This document shows positions 59,302 through 64,000 of a stretch of 64,000 nt of DNA, in pieces (within the stretch, counting starts at the first letter, position 1; every line of letters starts with the position of its first letter). Below the pieces are notes generated by a model, which saw only the letters and a program-made list of their open reading frames with translations, was not told where the DNA came from and ran no database searches. A program made the translations under genes and the position numbers. Origin of the DNA: Obrimoposthia wandeli (Eukaryota); contig CDROCS010002105.1 of the NCBI GenBank assembly GCA_977020255.1, forward strand, positions 496,001 to 560,000, given 5' to 3'.

Positions 59302-59694
59302 ATGGACAATCAGTTTAAACAACATGGTGCATTCAGTTGGGCAGAGTTAATGGTTGATGAGCCAGAAAAAGCAATCGCATTTTATAAAGATGTAATTGGT
59401 TGGGATGTAGAGGAAATGCCGATGTCTACTGGCACTTATTATGTATTTAAAGCCGATGGACAGCCTGTTGGTGGGTTGATGGAAAAACCACAAGAAGCTA
59501 GCCATGTACCTAATCATTGGGGAGTGTACGTAACGGTGGATGATGTTGATGCCACCTTGTCGCAAGTTGAATTGGCGGGTGGTAAAGCCGTTTTTGCTCC
59601 GATGGATGTACCCGGTGTGGGGCGTTTATGTTCCTTCATGGATAATTGTGGTTCGGTTCTGTCGATTATCAGTTATGAAGACAAAAAATCATAA
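59302..59694 (+). CDS. VOC/glyoxalase family protein
   Basis: SWAELMV..AIAFYKDVIGW, WGVYVTVDDVD, GGK..DVPGVGR. Confidence 0.9.
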   Translation: MDNQFKQHGAFSWAELMVDEPEKAIAFYKDVIGWDVEEMPMSTGTYYVFKADGQPVGGLMEKPQEASHVPNHWGVYVTVDDVDATLSQVELAGGKAVFAPMDVPGVGRLCSFMDNCGSVLSIISYEDKKS

Positions 59695-59882
59695 CGTGTA
59701 TGAATGATGTTTCATTTTATATAGACGAGTAAAATTTTGCCTGTTATATTCAATAAAACGCTCAATCATTGAATTTCACTGAAAAATCAACGATAAAGTA
59801 GTAGAGCTATTTAGCGTGGCATATACAATAGACCCCTGACACCACTTTTTTCAACTTCGGTTTTTGTCAAGGAGATACCAAA

Positions 59883-60821
59883 ATGCCATATGAGTCATTA
59901 ATAACTATCGGTGTACTGATTGTTGTTGCAATCGCGTTCATTGCTTCTGGTGTAAAGATGGTGCCCCAAGGCAGCCATTGGACAGTAGAGCGCTTTGGAC
60001 GTTACACCAAAACACTCAAACCTGGTTTGAATTTAATTGTGCCATTCGTTGACACTATTGGTAATAAAATCAGTGTTATGGAAAGAGTGCTCGATATTCC
60101 AGCACAAGAAGTTATTTCTCGTGATAATGCAAGTGTAACTATCGATGCAGTATGTTTTATTCAAGTTATTGATGCAGCGAAGGCTGCGTATGAAGTCAAT
60201 GATTTAGAGCATGCGATTCGTAACTTAACGCTTACCAATATGCGTACAGTATTAGGTTCGATGGAACTGGATGAAATGCTATCTCAGCGAGATACCATCA
60301 ATACTCGGTTGCTGACCATTGTTGATCTGGCGACTAATTCTTGGGGTGTTAAAGTTACACGTATTGAAATTCGTGATGTGCAGCCACCAGCAGATCTTAT
60401 TGCTGCGATGAATGCGCAGATGAAAGCAGAGCGTAATAAGCGAGCTGATATTTTATCAGCGGAAGGTGTTCGTCAGGCTGAAATTCTTAAAGCTGAAGGC
60501 CACAAGCAATCAGAAATTTTACGTGCCGAAGGTGATAAGCAAGCGGTTATTCTTAAAGCTGAAGCGCGTGAGCGTGAAGCCGAAGCGGAAGCAAAAGCTA
60601 CAAGCGTCGTATCAGAGGCGATAGCAAAAGGTGACGTTAAAGCCATTAATTACTTTATCGCACAGGGTTATACCGACGCATTGAAAGCGATTGGTCAATC
60701 AGAAAATGGCAAAGTAATTATGCTGCCGCTTGAAGCAACGGGCTTGATGGGTTCTATTGCGGGTATTGCTGAGCTATTAAATCAACCTAAGTCAGATAAT
60801 ACGAAGGGTCCTAACGCATGA
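59883..60821 (+). CDS. SPFH/stomatin family protein (QmcA-like)
   Basis: [44 protein letters not shown]. Confidence 0.93.
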   Translation: MPYESLITIGVLIVVAIAFIASGVKMVPQGSHWTVERFGRYTKTLKPGLNLIVPFVDTIGNKISVMERVLDIPAQEVISRDNASVTIDAVCFIQVIDAAKAAYEVNDLEHAIRNLTLTNMRTVLGSMELDEMLSQRDTINTRLLTIVDLATNSWGVKVTRIEIRDVQPPADLIAAMNAQMKAERNKRADILSAEGVRQAEILKAEGHKQSEILRAEGDKQAVILKAEAREREAEAEAKATSVVSEAIAKGDVKAINYFIAQGYTDALKAIGQSENGKVIMLPLEATGLMGSIAGIAELLNQPKSDNTKGPNA

Positions 60822-61270
60822 TAGCCCTACTTGAACAGATGAACTTCTGGCATTGGGTAGCGTTTGGTTTAGCCTTACTACTACTTGAATTACTCGGAAC
60901 TGCTGGGTATTTGCTTTGGTTGGGTGTCTCTGCTGTTCTTGTTGGATTGCTCTTATCGTTTTTACCTCTGAGTTGGCCATTACAATGGCTAACGTTTGCG
61001 GTTTTCTCGTTATTTACAATGTGGTTGTGGTGGCGTTACCAACACAAAAAAGACCGCATTGAAGATGAAGGGCGCACACTCAATAAGCGTTCAGAACAAT
61101 TAATAGGGCAAGTTTCTGTGTTAGAAGAGCCCTTAGCTGCTGGGACAGGGCGAATGAGGTTAGGCGATACAACATGGCTTGTACGAACAGATGTTGCTTT
61201 AGAAGCTGGTGTACTCGTAGAGGTTATTGATGTTGATGGCATCATGTTAATTATTCAGCCTAAAGCGTAA
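60818..61270 (+). CDS. NfeD family protein (YbbJ-like)
   Basis: Hydrophobic N-terminus; LN.R..QLIG...[10 protein letters not shown]; ATGA overlap with the SPFH gene. Confidence 0.9.
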   Translation: MIALLEQMNFWHWVAFGLALLLLELLGTAGYLLWLGVSAVLVGLLLSFLPLSWPLQWLTFAVFSLFTMWLWWRYQHKKDRIEDEGRTLNKRSEQLIGQVSVLEEPLAAGTGRMRLGDTTWLVRTDVALEAGVLVEVIDVDGIMLIIQPKA

Positions 61271-61316
61271 AAATAATGGCTTAATATAGCTTTTATAATA
61301 TAGGTCTTTATTAAAT

Positions 61317-61349
61317 GCGACGCTCTATTTATAGAGCGTCGTTTTTTTT
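61317..61349 (+). terminator. Intrinsic terminator
   Basis: GCGACGCTCTAT-TT-ATAGAGCGTCG-TTTTTTTT. Confidence 0.8.
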
Positions 61350-61441
61350 GTTATTTATTACCACTGTTTATTCAATTTAGCGTCGAGGCTGATTAGGTGT
61401 ATGCAGTGGTCAAAAAAAATGTTCAAAGAGGTTGAAAAGAA

Positions 61442-61918
61442 ATGGAAGAGTTGTATCTTGCGGGGGGATGTCTTTGGGGCGTTCAGGAATTTATGAAGAC
61501 GCTGCCAGGTGTTGTTTCAACAGAGGCTGGGCGCGCGAATGGTTCTACTCACAATACCTCAGGTGAGTATGATGGCTATGCCGAGTGCGTTTGTACCCAA
61601 TTTGATTCAACGCTCGTTTCTGTTGAGCAGCTAATGGATTACTTCTTTGAGATCATCGACCCTTATAGCGTTAATAAGCAAGGGGAAGATGTAGGTGAAA
61701 AGTATCGAACCGGTATTTACAGCAAGAACCCCAAACATCTGGTTCTAGTGAATTGTTATCTCCAAGCGAGAGAAGATGCCTGCAAGATTGCTATTGAGGT
61801 GTTGCCGTTATCCAACTATGTAAAAAGTGATGATGAGCATCAAGATAGGCTAACTTTGCATCCTAATGATTACTGTCATATTCCGAAAAATATCTTGTAC
61901 AAATACAAAGATGAGTAA
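61442..61918 (+). CDS. msrA: Peptide methionine sulfoxide reductase A-like (divergent)
   Basis: YLAGGCLWGVQ, AECV, QGEDVGEKYRTGIY, EHQ, YCHI. Confidence 0.8.
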   Translation: MEELYLAGGCLWGVQEFMKTLPGVVSTEAGRANGSTHNTSGEYDGYAECVCTQFDSTLVSVEQLMDYFFEIIDPYSVNKQGEDVGEKYRTGIYSKNPKHLVLVNCYLQAREDACKIAIEVLPLSNYVKSDDEHQDRLTLHPNDYCHIPKNILYKYKDE

Positions 61919-61931
61919 ATACATCGGGCAT

Positions 61932-61960
61932 AAAAAACCGACACTCAAAGTGTCGGTTTG
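61932..61960. terminator. Hairpin terminator between convergent genes
   Basis: AAAAAACCGACACT-CAA-AGTGTCGGTTT. Confidence 0.75.
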
Positions 61961-61965
61961 ATATT

Positions 61966-62002
61966 GTTTCAAGGTTTCAAGGTTTCAAGGTTTCAAGGTT
62001 TC
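61966..62002. repeat. 8-bp tandem repeat (GTTTCAAG) x4.6
   Basis: Perfect units counted directly. Confidence 0.9.
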
Positions 62003-62008
62003 GTGCGA

Positions 62009-63208
62009 CTACTCAACCAGTTTTTCGGTGACAAAAGAGCGGTTTTTTGCCAGTAACCACAATAACCCGCCAGTGATACCAACAAAAAGTTGAATTACAC
62101 CGAGATTTTCGATCAAAGACTCGGGGCGAACGGACACCAATACCATTCCTAACGAACCACAGATCATACTGCAAAATTGAATCAATGCGACAGCAGAACC
62201 CGTGTCATTGTCTTGTTGGTCAAGCATTAAGTTAGTACCCGGTACTCGCATCGTGATGACCATTAAGGTCGCGGGTGCGGCAATGCATGCAAAAACCCAA
62301 GGTGACATATGACCAATTGTGATGGTCAACATACCTGCAATGGCGAGTAGAAAGAAACACAGCGTTATGATTTTTTGAACCGAAATGTAACGAGATAGCT
62401 TCATATAAATCGTTGGGCCAAATGAGGCACACAGTGCATTAAAAGCAAAAGCGTAGCTAAATTGTTGTTCGGTGAGTCCAAACCCATTGATATAGATGTA
62501 TGAACCAGCCGCAAGAAAAGCCATTAGTGCCATTGGCGTAATGGAAAAAATCATCAGCAATGCGACAAATTGTGGGTTTTTTAAGACTACCCCGAGCCTT
62601 CCCCAAGAACGCAGTATCGAGCCGTCGTATTTTATTGCGAGTGTTTCTTCATAGCAGAATGCCAATACTGAGGCGAAGGCACCAAAAACGGCAAGTGTCA
62701 CGAACATCATTCTCCATGATGCGATTTGAAGCAAAAAGGCGCCAATAACGGGGGCGACCATTGGGGCAATGATAACCAACGACATGATTGTAGCCATGAT
62801 TTTTTGGCGCTCTCTACCATCATAGAGATCTTTGACAATAGCGGTAGCGACTACCGTGATGGCACTTCCAGCAAACGCTTGAAGTATTCTTGCGCCAATG
62901 AGTTGTTCTATATTACCAGCCAGAGCACAAAATATACTGGCTAGCATGTAGCCACCAATACCTGTTAATAAGATCGGCTTTCGACCAAACTTTTCACTTA
63001 GTGGCCCCCAAAATAACAAACCCATAGCGTAAGTGACGAAATAACTGCTGAGTGTTAAATTCACCATTGCTTGATCAGTGTTAAACACGTTGACCATTTG
63101 TGGAAGCGCAGGCAAATACAGATCAATTGTAAGTGGTGGAAAGGCACTAATAATGACGAGAAAAAATAACATCCCGGTTTTACCCAATACTGATTGTGGC
63201 TTTTTCAA
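62009..63208 (-). CDS. Bcr/CflA-family MFS efflux transporter
   Basis: TIDLYLPALPQM, WGPLSEKFGRKPIL, PMVAPVIG, WRMMF; about 12 TMs. Confidence 0.92.
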   Translation of the reverse strand: MKKPQSVLGKTGMLFFLVIISAFPPLTIDLYLPALPQMVNVFNTDQAMVNLTLSSYFVTYAMGLLFWGPLSEKFGRKPILLTGIGGYMLASIFCALAGNIEQLIGARILQAFAGSAITVVATAIVKDLYDGRERQKIMATIMSLVIIAPMVAPVIGAFLLQIASWRMMFVTLAVFGAFASVLAFCYEETLAIKYDGSILRSWGRLGVVLKNPQFVALLMIFSITPMALMAFLAAGSYIYINGFGLTEQQFSYAFAFNALCASFGPTIYMKLSRYISVQKIITLCFFLLAIAGMLTITIGHMSPWVFACIAAPATLMVITMRVPGTNLMLDQQDNDTGSAVALIQFCSMICGSLGMVLVSVRPESLIENLGVIQLFVGITGGLLWLLAKNRSFVTEKLVE

Positions 63209-63365
63209 ATGGATACTCTCAATGCTCTACTGACGCGCACCGCGCAATTGGAAAAATCAGTATGGTATAGGTGCAAGCCCTTATAGCTTTCGACTGATTT
63301 ATTTGTTGGTTTGATAATTTCCATTATTTTACCTCATAGTATGAACATATACTGGCAGTATGAAA

Positions 63366-63680
63366 TTATTTATCTTTTACTACATTTTTCACTGTGTTTT
63401 TTAAATTATGCATAAATGCCTTAAAATGAGGCATAAAATCGACAAACAGTACATGTTTACGATTTGCCATCATTACAGGGCCTAACAGACGCAATGCAAC
63501 ACCAACCTTGGTTGCGACAGACTCTTCTAAGCCACTACCTTGCTTTAAATTTGCTACAAGCTTGAACAAGTCTTCTCTGTCTTGAAATTCAAACTGTAGT
63601 GTTTTTCCCGTTTCTTGTTCTGAGTTAACTTCTTCAATGGTAATGCGATAGCAATTTTCTTTGCTAATTTTAGGGGGCAT
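63366..63680 (-). CDS. DUF3861-like protein
   Basis: YRITIEE...LQFEFQDREDLF...VALRLLG resembles DUF3861 (from memory). Confidence 0.75.
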   Translation of the reverse strand: MPPKISKENCYRITIEEVNSEQETGKTLQFEFQDREDLFKLVANLKQGSGLEESVATKVGVALRLLGPVMMANRKHVLFVDFMPHFKAFMHNLKNTVKNVVKDK

Positions 63681-63715
63681 AGTTGCTCTTCTGTATTGAA
63701 ATAAAATATCATGTA

Positions 63716-63762
63716 GATGATAATATCAACTATATCGTCATGGTTGATAATGTCAACTATAT
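63716..63762. promoter_or_regulatory. Tandem candidate MarR operators
   Basis: GATGATAATATCAACTATAT and GTTGATAATGTCAACTATAT (18/20 identical), each with a GTTGAT-N3-RTCAAC-type dyad. Confidence 0.55.
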
Positions 63763-63780
63763 TGCATGGAGAGATTATAA

Positions 63781-64000
63781 ATGTCTGACTACAATTCGTT
63801 AGAAAGCTTGTTTAACTTAGTCCATGTACTAAAGCGTCAGCTGCATGATCAAATCGAACAACTCGATCTGGGTATGACCCCAATGCATGTTCGAGTGATG
63901 AAGATAATTGATAAGAAAAAGCCTTGTACTGCAATTGATATAGCAAAATTTTTAGATAGAGATAAGGCTCAGGTAACGCGCTTAGTGAATACGTTGATTG
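63781..64000 (+). CDS. MarR-family regulator (partial, runs off window)
   Basis: Manual translation MSDYNSLESLFNLVHVLKRQL...MTPMHVRVMKII...TAIDIAKFLDRDKAQVTRLVNTLI; GGAGAG RBS. Confidence 0.88.
   Translation, partial: MSDYNSLESLFNLVHVLKRQLHDQIEQLDLGMTPMHVRVMKIIDKKKPCTAIDIAKFLDRDKAQVTRLVNTLI

Noticed and set aside
301-62944. Numerous 60-160 aa ORFs antisense to or nested in long genes (e.g. 486-827, 5356-5739, 41806-42279, 55251-55622)
   Set aside because: Shadow ORFs of well-supported genes, with no RBS or motifs.
1-64000. CRISPR array, rRNA, integron integrase, retron or anti-phage defence genes
   Set aside because: No regularly spaced repeats, rRNA-like sequence, tyrosine recombinase, reverse transcriptase or recognisable defence domain seen.

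Overview
A ~41% GC Vibrionaceae segment, most likely Photobacterium-like and probably from the second chromosome (inferred from gene content and order). In order it holds: a glycine/one-carbon cluster (gcvH partial, glyA with a perfect PurR box, XRE-cupin regulator, Na+/Ala-Gly symporter, gcvT); small housekeeping genes; tRNA-Ser(TGA) with a decayed tRNA-end and hairpin-rich neighbourhood; an aromatic aminotransferase; a Fur-boxed TonB2-type operon followed by a PfeR/PfeS-like two-component pair; an M3 peptidase; and a coupled DUF3404 kinase-regulator-DUF2861-GH129-like operon (VxrABC/VbrKR-like). A ~3.3 kb mosaic scar at 28.0-31.25 kb contains a phage DnaB remnant, the 3' end of a group IIC intron, a 5'-truncated IS110 with an intact 3' non-coding end, and two integron-type cassettes whose attC sites both lack the R'' AAC. 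After it come a Gram-positive-like cyclodextrin/maltodextrin cluster, a pentose/pentitol ABC transporter with FGGY kinase, regulators, a MauG-like dihaem protein, an M16 protease, an S1/P1 nuclease and other singletons. The strongest unexplained signal is that the IS110 3' non-coding region carries a segment complementary to the attC site it is inserted in, as expected of a bridge/seek-RNA target guide. All family assignments come from motif recognition by eye; no searches were run.
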